From positions 3,596,001 to 3,660,000 of the forward strand of contig CM119380.1 in the NCBI GenBank assembly GCA_051294905.1: 64,000 nt of DNA. The letters are read 5' to 3'. Below are positions 48,170 to 58,804 of this stretch, piece by piece. Under the pieces are notes generated by a model, which ran no database searches, had not been told where the DNA came from, and saw nothing but the letters and a program-made list of their open reading frames with translations. The DNA is from Botryllus schlosseri (Eukaryota). The position numbers and the translations under genes are program-made. The first letter of the stretch is position 1; each line of letters begins with the position of its first letter.

Positions 48170-51100
48170 TTATTCTGCAGTGCAACGAGCACAATAAAAT
48201 GACCAGTTTGTAGCTGTTGCCCTGGGTAATAACAATCCTGGTATGTCCGCGGGTCACAGCCGTCACATGCAACCTATAAAATACTTGGATCATTATACTG
48301 GACAAATCAACTTTTCAAATCCATACCCAATCCGTGATCATTGCATTTGACTTCTTCATTTATTGCAATAATTTGTCAATTCTCTGTCATCTGTACAGAA
48401 AATAGCTTGATATTATTATTATTTTGCATGTGATTTGGAGTAACATACCGGTCTCATCAAGTAGAAGTTGGCCGTAGTACTTTCGGTACTCTTCACAAGC
48501 TCGTGCAGTATGATCAAACTGTAGATCTATATCAGGAATTGATGCCCCACTTGTGCAGTAGAGTTCAGCAGCCTAGTGAGAGTAGGGTACAAATCATATA
48601 TACTACATAATTATACATGAAAGTATCAAATACCTTCAAAGCAAGTACTCCACAATTATATCCATCTTTTTGTACATCAGTCCTGTCCAATTCAGTCCTT
48701 GGACTTGTCACAAACTTTCTTTTGGAGTACTTGCGTAGAAATTGGCTGAGTAAAATAGAAATGAGATACGACCCGTGAATAGCATCCCACTAACTCACCG
48801 AAACTTCGTTAAAATATCCTTGTAGCAGTGCTCCTGGCCCATTGGATCATACAGAAGAACCATGTTTGATTAAACATCAGATATCTGAATAAGTTGACAG
48901 AATAACTATCACTACTCATACATTAAATGTTCATCATTTCGACAAGATACTGCAATTAATAGAAGTATTGAAACAAGTTAGAGATAATAAGCAATCCAAC
49001 ACTTTAGTTGTAGTAGAGAGTATACACGCACATTACACACAAAGCAGATGTATTCTATAAGGTGCTATAAGTGTTAGTTTACGAATTTATAATGACGAAG
49101 ACTGAATATGCTAGGTCTTGATTATCAGGGTTGTAAGCTAGTCACAATTCAAGTCGAGTCATTTTCAATTCACCACCGAGTCAAGACCAAGTCCAAATCA
49201 TAGAGCAGAGGTTCGAGTCCGATTCATGGTATTATGACTCGAGTCCTTGTGTTAAAGTCTTGTTACTATTACCAATAGACAAAATGCCAATCGGGTGGTT
49301 ACGCTACTATTCTTCGAAATTACGATGAAATGTCGGTTTTGGCCGTCTGAGTCTCGAGTCATATGACTTGGTTCGAGTCATCAGAAAATCGTGACTCGAC
49401 TCAAGTCATGACTCGAGTCATTATAACCCTGTTCTGTTGATTATACTTACTAAAAGAATCCAATGGTTACCATCACCAGATCCACCTCCACAACATACAT
49501 GGAGTGCAGCTATAAATGATTTCTTTGCGACTTTGTCGGCCTGAAATGAATCACTATAGCAGATAACAATTAAATCTCTTGGTACTATGTAGCATACTGT
49601 GATTTTTTTGACACGGTTGAACATTCCACCAACAAACCATGCAGTCGCCTGATGACTGGAAACCGCCATTATGTGACTTGCCCACTGCAATGATATGTTT
49701 TGCTTAGCCTTCAGCTACATGTAACTGGAGCAGGTCTAATAATACTTACCTTCTTGCAGATGGCAAAAAGAATACAATTCATCAACTGAAAAGTTGGAGA
49801 TGAACAGTAAACACGTTCAATTCCCGCCTTCATAAAAATGACTGTAAATTACCGTATCATTAAGCCAGCCATGCCCATTCAAAAGATGTAGGTCTGACGT
49901 TGATACAGGCTCCCGATTCAGGATAGCTTCAATCCTGTCTGTTTTGTGCAACGCGGCCCAAACAGAGCTTATTTCTAAAATGAATATTTTTATAACACAT
50001 TAGTACGAGAGCTATTACTATTTCAAGATATTAAAAATGATACCTTTGAATTTGGATGGAAGTATCTGTTCGATTTTGCGTTTTGTGGTAATCATGTCGG
50101 CATCATTTTCAGAGATATCTCTCACAACAATGGGGCAAGATTCGATTATAGGCTGAGACAATGTATCACAGCATGAATAGGAAGAGATGGAATTGTTAAG
50201 CGAATCAGCATGTAGTGATACTGTTACAGAATTTGTAGCAATGCTAGCAGACAAAGTGGTGAGAACAGGACTACCACTGGAATTTGTAACGCTCGATGAT
50301 GCTTGTGCAGAATCAGTATAAAATCCAAGAGACGAAATAGTGGCTGCGGGAGGGTTAGTGCTATTTCTACCAGTTAGTAACATTGATACAGAAGTGGTAC
50401 AATTGGTGTTAGCTGAGCTAGCTGCAGCCGGATCGGTTTCCATATTGTTGCATTGTTTTCCAATTGCAGTGGGAGGATCGGTTGGTGACAATCCTACAGA
50501 ACTGCTGTGAGAGGAGCTGATCGCAATCGTACTGGTACCCATATTGCCTGATGGTTTTCCAATTGGTGTATCATCAGCAACACATTCAGCTGCAAGTTAC
50601 AACAATTTTAAAATTATATTATGGACTATGCGGATCATACAAAGTCGACTGAATGATCGAACAATGCCAGTTTAAATTTGCAGCTGGTACCTTTCATGGC
50701 CAGTGTCGCACGACCATCGTCAGTGAGGACAACTGACTTGGAGAAAAGTCTCTTGGTCTTTTTCATATATCTTTCATTCATTTTCATATTCTGTAGATGC
50801 AGCGAAACCCTCGAAACAAACATGAAATTCACTGCATCCATATTGCATAGAAAATGCCTGAAACAGTCAATCATCCAACTGGTGCTATTCAAAATATACA
50901 CAATTCACTGACCGGTCTCGTGCCATGACTGAATTTTCTTGCTCAGCAACACTTGTGTTTATAAGGGCCAAATCTTTACAGTACTTCATATCTCTGAACG
51001 ATTTCTCAGCTGACTTTTTCTTAGATTTTTGATGAAACCGGTCACTGAGAGAGTAGAAACTGCCCGTAGTTGCATCCAAGTTCAATGAAATTGGCTCAAG

Positions 51101-52620
51101 TTCACCGTCCAACTCCTTTTTGATATTAGCTTCAGTGTGCTCAAATAACATACCTCTGAATGGTGAGAACATACCAGGACTGCGATTTTCCCCATGGTGG
51201 GCAATCTAGAAGATGACATATAATGGTTGTTGTGCATATAACAGATCATTTTAAGCTTTCGCTAACCTGAGAGGCAATGTCAGAAATTATCACCCGGGGT
51301 TGATGTTTAAATGACAGAAGAGCATCGACATAATCTCTAGCGCTTTCTTGACGCAGCACATATTTGAAATAGACACATACTCCACATGGACATCTGAGAT
51401 GAACTATCCCCCCTACAAATTTCATAAAATTCGATTAGATGAGGTACTTCAGGCATCTGGAGTGTAAAGTTTACCACCACATTTGGTAATACTATTGATC
51501 ATTTTTGGAGTGATTGTCTTGAACAACAGTACTTCATTTATTTTATTGATCAGACCTACTTTGCTTCCTGTGTCATCGATTCCAACTTTTTGACAGATTT
51601 CACGCAAGTCAGTAAGTGTATTCTGAATAGAATGATGAAGCATATCTTACTATTGCTGCTGCTAAAGATTAGATCATACTGAAGGATTGTTCAAAGTCAG
51701 AAGTATCTCTTCCTGTGAAGTTTGAGCTTCATTCAGTTTAGACTTTTCCAAGGGCTTTTTGAGAAGAGTGCCTTTACGGTGTTCGGTATTCAAGAGCAAA
51801 TCAGATTCCCTTGAGCTTTTCGCCATCCAAGGTGAGACACTGTCATGGCTTATCTTCACTTTCCATGGATTGTTAAATGTTTCTATAAAACAATGCAAAG
51901 CTTCTTGAAGGCACGGAACTGCAATATACAATTGGATAGTCAATTAAAACAATGTAGTGACTATGCCATTGTTCCTCTGAATTGAAGTCGTCTTGAATTT
52001 TTGGATCATCTGGCATCACATGGTATGTCTTGATCTAAATTCGGGTTTTGAGAAAATAGCTCAGAAAAATTTCATTACCACAGAATCCTCGTCCAATAAT
52101 TTCTTTTCTATATGCCATCCAAGATTCCTCAATATTTACACTGTCATTAAAGTGCACATCCCTTTTGGTAGCATCAACTGTATCAAAATCAACCATACAG
52201 ACAAATAATAATGAGTGAAGCAAAATCATTGAAAGGTAAACATACCGTCAATAATACATGTATTCTTCCAATTGCCATCTCCCACAACTATAGATGGGGA
52301 ATTGCCACATTTTAGACAGCTGAAGCTGTAATCCATGTCCTGCAGAGCCAAGAAATGGAGAAATGCATTTCTTATTTTGTTTATCGGAATCGTATCAGAA
52401 AATAGAGACACAAGATTGGCTCCCACGGAAATGTGATTCTGGAAGATAGTGAATGTATGTATAAAACAGTAAGAACTAGATATTGAATTAGGATACCTGA
52501 ATCCCATTCTTCAAGTGGATACATAGTCGCAACGTCAGTAAGATATGACCGTCAAAATTGTGTAGACCTGACTTATAATTTTGGAAGCGAACCTTCCAGC
52601 CACACGATTTGCAAGATTTT
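48170..52620 (-). pseudogene. Zisupton/KDZ-like (HMGXB3-type) transposase gene with SAP, Ulp1/SENP protease and PHD-like domains; multi-exon, decayed
   Basis: FSCLKCGNSPSIVVGDG; SAP (TLTDLREICQKVGI..TGSK..LI); GGIVHLRCPCGV...KYVLRQESARDYVDALLSFKHQP; DRFH...NTSVAEQ; NHWILLV, LYDPMG, QKDGYNCG; VACDGCD...DC...FYCARC. Confidence 0.75.
49126..49431. mobile_element. Shorter copy of the GACTCGAGTC hAT MITE
   Basis: CAGGGTTGTAA...TTATAACCCTG; TSD not preserved. Confidence 0.8.
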
Positions 52621-52634
52621 CCCTTGATACACAC

Positions 52635-52835
52635 TGTGATGAACCAGACCAATGAACGTATGGTAGGCTTTTATTAACAATATCCCGACTAGCGCCGACA
52701 CCATAAACTAGCGATCCTCACTAGGTAAAGTCAGATGCAGAAATGAATGATTACTGCGCTGACAGCACCATGATCGTTCATGGGGCATGACAGCGCTCAC
52801 GTGATACGCTATAGCGAATCCGACAAAACACGTCA
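52635..52835 (-). repeat. LTR (201 bp, TG...CA), terminal 3' LTR of the array
   Basis: Preceded on the minus strand by the PPT GAGGGGGAGA. Repeated at 58521-58721. Confidence 0.92.
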
Positions 52836-52918
52836 ATCTCCCCCTCTGAAAATAACGGTGACATATCACAATGAAATGTAACGTGCAATAATAAATATAG
52901 CAATGCAAAATTGTTCAA

Positions 52919-55900
52919 TCAGTAATGAAATCTGTCCGGCGCCTTTCTGATACGAGTTGAGCGTCTCAACGGCACCTCAGGGGGTTCAGATGCCGGCAGT
53001 TCTTCAGCAGTTTCGACGTTCGACCCGCTGCTCGTCTCCATCTCGGGAGTCGACTCCTCGACATTGATATCATCAGTAGCGTCATCATCAGCGCCAACAC
53101 TCGTAGTTTCAATAGGAGTTGTATCGACGGCCTCCGACTCTGACGGGTATCGAGCCAAATCTTTATTCGATACGGTTGTTTGTCGCCCATCTGGATATTG
53201 GATCAACGAGTATTGAGGGTTGGCTTCGATGAGGTCAACCGGCTCGCAGATAGGTTCATCTTTTCGTCGGACATGGCGTCGCATTAGCACAGTTCCACCG
53301 TCCAAGAGCCAATCAGGCATAGATGTGCCCATGCTTGATTTACGAGGAAACTTGAATAACCTGGAATGCGGAGTCTCGTTAGTAGCGGTACATAACAACG
53401 AACGAATTGAGTGTAATGCATCGGGAAGTACTTTCTCCCAACTGCTTTCGGGCAGCCCGCGAGAAGCAAGCATGAGCTTGATTGTACGCCAGATTGTCTG
53501 GTTTACGCGCTCGCATTGGGAGTTACCAGTCGGGTGGTATGGTGTGGTTCGACTCGTCGCGATCCCTTTCTCCTTCAGAAATTGTGACACTTCGTTGCCA
53601 ATGAAAGACTGAGATCGGTCACTGTGGACGTATTCGGGAAGTCCCATGATGCTGAACAGCGACACAAATTGTGAAATTACGGTTGACGCTCGCATATCAG
53701 AACAAGGCAATACAAAAGGAAAACGACTATACTCATCAACCATGATGAGAAGGTACCGCCTTTTCCCGTCCACAGGTCCCTTGAAATCCACGCTCAATCT
53801 TTCCCAAGGTCTGGTGGCTTTGATCAACGGCGTGGCCGGAGGTTTGTAGAATTTCGGCTTTATCTGAGCGCACTCTTTACAGCGGTTGCATTGTCTCTTC
53901 ACTTCTTCGACTGAAAAAGGAAGATTTTTCGAACGTACGAAATGCATTAATCTGCGAATCCCAGGGTGACCCAAAGAGACGTGAAGTTCTTCCAAACTCA
54001 GACCATAATCACTAGTGGCCAAACATAGTCTGGTGAAGGCATCAGCTGCTGCATTTTCCAAACCTGGTCTATGTTCGATATCGTAGGTATATTCACTCAA
54101 CTCCAATCGCCACAAAGCCAACTTGGTGTTTTTGATCTTACTTTTGTGCTGCTGGTCAAATATAAATGAAAGAGCTTGTTGGTCGGTTATTATTTTGAAT
54201 CGTCTACCGTGTAGTAAATAACCCCATTTTCTCACCGCCCCGATAATAGCACACGCTTCTTTTTCCACGGCCGGATACTTCGCCTCGGACTTGGTGAGAG
54301 TTCGTGAAAGGAAGGCTACCGGTCTTCCACGCTGGCTCAGGATAGCAGCTATGGTGGTATCAGAAGCATCGGTCTCGACGGAGAATGGTTCTTCGTCCAA
54401 AATGCAACCTAAACAAGCGCGACGGAGACAGCTCTTCAACTTATCGAAGGCTTCGACAGCCAATCCTTCAAAAGGAAAATTTTCGTTATGGAACAAAGGT
54501 TTCGCAAGCTCGGAAAATCTCGGAATCCATTTAGAATAGTAGGCAAAGAGGCCTAGGCAGCTCTTTAAAGTTTTGGCACTCTTCGGAGGAGACAGTTCCA
54601 TTAGCGGCTTCAAATGCTCAGGGTCAGGCATGATCTCACCTTTTCTTATTCGATGTCCAAGGAGCTTCAACTCTTCTACAGAGAATGTCGATTTCTCGGA
54701 GTTGATCGTCAGATTGGCGGACTTAGCTGCTGACATGAAGGACTTCAAACGTTCGTCGTGTTCCTTCTGATCCTTGCCGTAGATGGTAATGTCGTCCAAA
54801 TATGCGACTGCTCCTTCAAGTGCATTCTTTTCGATGAACGAATCGATAAATCTCTGAAAAGCACTAACCCCGTTAGTGACGCCAAAGGGCAACCTACGAA
54901 ACTGATAAAGTGACCCGCAGGCCTCGAACGCAGTGAATGGTCTGTCAGCTCGTTCCAACGGAACCTGATGGTATGCCGACTTCAAGTCGATAGAGCTGAA
55001 CACTTTGCCTTTAGCGACCTCGTTCACGACATCTGCAATCTTCGGCAATGGGTACGCATCGAGAAAGGTAAATTGATTAATTGTTTGAGAATAATCAATG
55101 ACAAGGCGTTGCTTTTGACGTCGTCCACCAGTGACTAGCACCTGTGCTCTCCACGGGGAGTTGGAATCCTCGATTATCCTTTCATTTTTCAATCGAGATA
55201 TCTCTTTCTTGATGAACTCCCGATCCGGAGCACTATACGATCTAGATGGAGTTGCGATAGGTTTACACGACCCCTCGAGAAATTGAAATATTCTGGGTGG
55301 GGTGCCCACTTTTGCTGCAGTCAAGTTGCAAGTAGGTTCTTCGTCTCGTCCAGGAATAACAAGGGGATTCAAGGGTCCCCCTAATTCAAATATAACTTTA
55401 CGGTGCTTTTTCATAAATGATTGGCCCAAGACCACATCAGCGCATAAGTACTCGATAACACCGAACACCACATCGGAATACTTCCGCCCGCTCAGCTCAA
55501 ACGACAGATATAACATTCCGTGAACAGTTGATCGCTTTCCTTTATCTGCTAACTTGATGCTCTTCTTTTTACCAAACCATTTGAGTTTCAGCTCCCGCGC
55601 TATCTCAAGACTCAAATAATTGTCTGATGCTCCGCTATCCAACAATCCATCAATCTTCTTCCGCTTAATAGCAACGATCACTGCCGCTTTCGAAAGTGAG
55701 GAAGGAATTGAAGCAATCATGGCTGCTAACTCATCGGACTCTTCGTCGGATTGAACAGAATTCAAGCACATCTTGTCAAAGTGCCCTTTTACGCCACAGT
55801 TGAAACAGACAGCATTCCTTGCTGGACATTTCCAGACCCGCCCGTGTCGGTTTCCACAACTAGAACATTTCTTTGCTTTCGACACGGGGTTGCTGTTCCC

Positions 55901-56629
55901 ACTTCTCCGCGAGACGGCTAAAGAATGTCCATCAGAATCCTCTTGGTATCGTGACTGCGACTTGGAGGGTGTGGCCTGACTAACCTTCAGGCCTTCATCG
56001 GCTTCGATGGAAGCTGCCGCCTGAGGATTCATGTATATCGCCGAACACTTCTGCGCTCTCTCCAGTGAATCTGCAACCTGAACAGCTTTATCAAGAGTCA
56101 GCTGATCAAATTCCAGCAAACGCAATCGTATCGCATTGGACGACAAGCCAGCAATTAACGCATCTCTGATAGATTGCTTACGGTGATCCTCAGCTGACAC
56201 GGCCTCGAACCTGCAATTCTTCGCAAGTGACAACAGCCTTTGTGAAAACTCCATGACGTTTTCTCCTGGCTGTTGAGTGCTCGTGGAGAGCGTATGTCGA
56301 GCATATATGATATTTCTCTTCACCAAATACAGTCCCTCTAGGACTTCGATCGCTTTTTCAAAATTTTCGGCGTCGCACACATACGAGTAAACTTCGGGAG
56401 CTAGATAACCATTCATTATTCCTCGCTTGTCCAACTGTGGGGGCGGACCTTGCTCAGAGCCGGGCGTAGACGAGGTTGACGCAAAAGACTGACGACGGCG
56501 ATCGTCCGCGGCTTTGATAAAACTAACAAGCATATCTTTCCAATGCTTGAACACCAGTTCAGCTCCCGGAGCACTCGGCAAAACTTTGAGAGTAGGAACA
56601 TGATACAATCTCTCTTCGGCAGACGCCAT
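52919..56629 (-). CDS. Single-ORF Gag-Pol (1236 aa)
   Basis: CFNCGVKGHFDKMC knuckle, LLDSGAS protease, YLDD RT, VETDAS RNase H, H..LGHPG..C..C and DDE integrase. PR-RT-RH-IN order, no chromodomain. Confidence 0.95.
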   Translation of the reverse strand: MASAEERLYHVPTLKVLPSAPGAELVFKHWKDMLVSFIKAADDRRRQSFASTSSTPGSEQGPPPQLDKRGIMNGYLAPEVYSYVCDAENFEKAIEVLEGLYLVKRNIIYARHTLSTSTQQPGENVMEFSQRLLSLAKNCRFEAVSAEDHRKQSIRDALIAGLSSNAIRLRLLEFDQLTLDKAVQVADSLERAQKCSAIYMNPQAAASIEADEGLKVSQATPSKSQSRYQEDSDGHSLAVSRRSGNSNPVSKAKKCSSCGNRHGRVWKCPARNAVCFNCGVKGHFDKMCLNSVQSDEESDELAAMIASIPSSLSKAAVIVAIKRKKIDGLLDSGASDNYLSLEIARELKLKWFGKKKSIKLADKGKRSTVHGMLYLSFELSGRKYSDVVFGVIEYLCADVVLGQSFMKKHRKVIFELGGPLNPLVIPGRDEEPTCNLTAAKVGTPPRIFQFLEGSCKPIATPSRSYSAPDREFIKKEISRLKNERIIEDSNSPWRAQVLVTGGRRQKQRLVIDYSQTINQFTFLDAYPLPKIADVVNEVAKGKVFSSIDLKSAYHQVPLERADRPFTAFEACGSLYQFRRLPFGVTNGVSAFQRFIDSFIEKNALEGAVAYLDDITIYGKDQKEHDERLKSFMSAAKSANLTINSEKSTFSVEELKLLGHRIRKGEIMPDPEHLKPLMELSPPKSAKTLKSCLGLFAYYSKWIPRFSELAKPLFHNENFPFEGLAVEAFDKLKSCLRRACLGCILDEEPFSVETDASDTTIAAILSQRGRPVAFLSRTLTKSEAKYPAVEKEACAIIGAVRKWGYLLHGRRFKIITDQQALSFIFDQQHKSKIKNTKLALWRLELSEYTYDIEHRPGLENAAADAFTRLCLATSDYGLSLEELHVSLGHPGIRRLMHFVRSKNLPFSVEEVKRQCNRCKECAQIKPKFYKPPATPLIKATRPWERLSVDFKGPVDGKRRYLLIMVDEYSRFPFVLPCSDMRASTVISQFVSLFSIMGLPEYVHSDRSQSFIGNEVSQFLKEKGIATSRTTPYHPTGNSQCERVNQTIWRTIKLMLASRGLPESSWEKVLPDALHSIRSLLCTATNETPHSRLFKFPRKSSMGTSMPDWLLDGGTVLMRRHVRRKDEPICEPVDLIEANPQYSLIQYPDGRQTTVSNKDLARYPSESEAVDTTPIETTSVGADDDATDDINVEESTPEMETSSGSNVETAEELPASEPPEVPLRRSTRIRKAPDRFHY

Positions 56630-56642
56630 CCGTTTGTTACGT

Positions 56643-58475
56643 CTATACGCTCAGTCGGGACTTTTTAATAAAATTGTGATGAACCAGACCAATGAACGTA
56701 TGGTAGGCTTTTATTAACAATATCCCGACTAGCGCCGACACCATAAACTGATAAAGTGACCCGCAGGCCTCGAATGCAGTGAATGGTCTGTCAGCTCGTT
56801 CCAACGGAACCTGATGGTATGCCGACTTCAAGTCGATAGAGCTGAACACTTTGCCTTTAGCGACCTCGTTCACGACATCTGCAATCTTCGGCAATGGGTA
56901 CGCATCGAGAAAGGTAAATTGATTAATTGTTTGAGAATAATCAATGACAAGGCGTTGCTTTTGACGTCGTCCACCAGTGACTAGCACCTGTGCTCTCCAC
57001 GGGGAGTTGGAATCCTCGATTATCCTTTCATTTTTCAATCGAGATATCTCTTTCTTGATGAACTCCCGATCCGGAGCACTATACGATCTAGATGGAGTTG
57101 CGATAGGTTTACACGACCCATCGAGAAATTGAAATATTCTGGGCGGGGTGCCCACTTTTGCTGCAGTCAAGTTGCAAGTAGGTTCTTCGTCTCGTCCAGG
57201 AATAACAAGGGGATTCAAGGGTCCCCCTAATTCAAATATAACTTTACGGTGCTTTTTCATAAATGTTTGGCCCAAGACCACATCAGCGCATAAGTACTCG
57301 ATAACACCGAACACCACATCGGAATACTTCCGCCCGCTCAGCTCAAACGACAGATATAACATTCCGTGAACAGTTGATCGCTTTCCTTTATCTGCTAACT
57401 TGATGCTCTTCTTTTTACCAAACCATTTGAGTTTCAGCTCCCGCGCTATCTCAAGACTCAAATAATTGTCTGATGCTCCGCTATCCAACAATCCATCAAT
57501 CTTCTTCCGCTTAATAGCAACGATCACTGCCGCTTTCGAAAGTGAGGAAGGAATTGAAGCAATCATGGCTGCTAACTCATCGGACTCTTCGTCGGATTGA
57601 ACAGAATTCAAGCACATCTTGTCAAAGTGCCCTTTTACGCCACAGTTGAAACAGACAGCATTCCTTGCTGGACATTTCCAGACCCGCCCGTGTCGGTTTC
57701 CACAACTAGAACATTTCTTTGCTTTCGACACGGGGTTGCTGTTCCCACTTCTCCGCGAGACGGCTAAAGAATGTCCATCAGAATCCTCTTGGTATCGTGA
57801 CTGCGACTTGGAGGGTGTGGCCTGACTAACCTTCTGGCCTTCATCGGCTTCGATGGAAGCTGCCGCCTGAGGATTCATGTATATCGCCGAACACTTCTGC
57901 GCTCTCTCCAGTGAATCTGCAACCTGAACAGCTTTATCAAGAGTCAGCTGATCAAATTCCAGCAAACGCAATCGTATCGCATTGGACGACAAGCCAGCAA
58001 TTAACGCATCTCTGATAGATTGCTTACGGTGATCCTCAGCTGACACGGCCTCGAACCTGCAATTCTTCGCAAGTGACAACAGCCTTTGTGAAAACTCCAT
58101 GACGTTTTCTCCTGGCTGTTGAGTGCTCGTGGAGAGCGTATGTCGAGCATATATGATATTTCTCTTCACCAAATACAGTCCCTCTAGGACTTCGATCGCT
58201 TTTTCAAAATTTTCGGCGTCGCACACATACGAGTAAACTTCGGGAGCTAGATAACCATTCATTATTCCTCGCTTGTCCAACTGTGGGGGCGGACCTTGCT
58301 CAGAGCCGGGTGTAGACGAGGTTGACGCAGAAGACTGACGACGGCGATCGTCCGCGGCTTTGATAAAACTAACAAGCATCTCTTTCCAATGCTTGAACAC
58401 CAGTTCAGCTCCCGGAGCACTCGGCAAAACTTTGAGAGTAGGAACATGATACAATCTCTCTTCGGCAGACGCCAT
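56643..58475 (-). CDS. Truncated Gag-PR-RT' (610 aa), reading through the partial LTR
   Basis: Matches the full ORF up to ACGSLYQF (a few substitutions), then has an LTR-encoded tail. Stops 13 nt before the next ATG. Confidence 0.85.
   Translation of the reverse strand: MASAEERLYHVPTLKVLPSAPGAELVFKHWKEMLVSFIKAADDRRRQSSASTSSTPGSEQGPPPQLDKRGIMNGYLAPEVYSYVCDAENFEKAIEVLEGLYLVKRNIIYARHTLSTSTQQPGENVMEFSQRLLSLAKNCRFEAVSAEDHRKQSIRDALIAGLSSNAIRLRLLEFDQLTLDKAVQVADSLERAQKCSAIYMNPQAAASIEADEGQKVSQATPSKSQSRYQEDSDGHSLAVSRRSGNSNPVSKAKKCSSCGNRHGRVWKCPARNAVCFNCGVKGHFDKMCLNSVQSDEESDELAAMIASIPSSLSKAAVIVAIKRKKIDGLLDSGASDNYLSLEIARELKLKWFGKKKSIKLADKGKRSTVHGMLYLSFELSGRKYSDVVFGVIEYLCADVVLGQTFMKKHRKVIFELGGPLNPLVIPGRDEEPTCNLTAAKVGTPPRIFQFLDGSCKPIATPSRSYSAPDREFIKKEISRLKNERIIEDSNSPWRAQVLVTGGRRQKQRLVIDYSQTINQFTFLDAYPLPKIADVVNEVAKGKVFSSIDLKSAYHQVPLERADRPFTAFEACGSLYQFMVSALVGILLIKAYHTFIGLVHHNFIKKSRLSV
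56675..56749 (-). repeat. Partial LTR (3' 75 bp) fused to RT sequence
   Basis: The junction uses the 5-bp microhomology AGTTT shared by RT (tatcAGTTTcgt) and LTR (gctAGTTTatgg). Confidence 0.9.
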
Positions 58476-58498
58476 CCGTTTCTTACGTCTATACGCTC

Positions 58499-58576
58499 AG
58501 TCGGGATTTGTTAATAAAATTGTGATGAACCAGACCAATGAACGTATGGTAGGCTTTTATTAACAATATCCCGACT
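58499..58576 (-). promoter_or_regulatory. LTR/PBS-position inverted repeat (putative self-priming hairpin)
   Basis: 58499-58519 AGTCGGGATTTGTTAATAAAA pairs with 58555-58576 TTTTATTAACAATATCCCGACT (21 bp, one bulge, 35-nt loop). No TGG PBS. Confidence 0.7.
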
Positions 58577-58721
58577 AGCGCCGACACCATAAACTAGCGA
58601 TCCTCACTAGGTAAAGTCAGATGCAGAAATGAATGATTACTGCGCTGACAGCACCATGATCGTTCATGGGGCATGACAGCGCTCACGTGATACGCTATAG
58701 CGAATCCGACAAAACACGTCA
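58521..58721 (-). repeat. LTR (201 bp), shared between units
   Basis: Copy of 52635-52835. Confidence 0.92.
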
Positions 58722-58804
58722 ATCTCCCCCTCTGAAAATAACGGTGACATATCACAATGAAATGTAACGTGCAATAATAAATATAGCAATGCAAAATTGT
58801 TCAA

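Noticed and set aside
50018-50542. 174-aa Ser/Thr-rich ORF as an independent gene
   Set aside because: More likely a low-complexity linker exon between the transposase and protease parts of the Zisupton-like gene.
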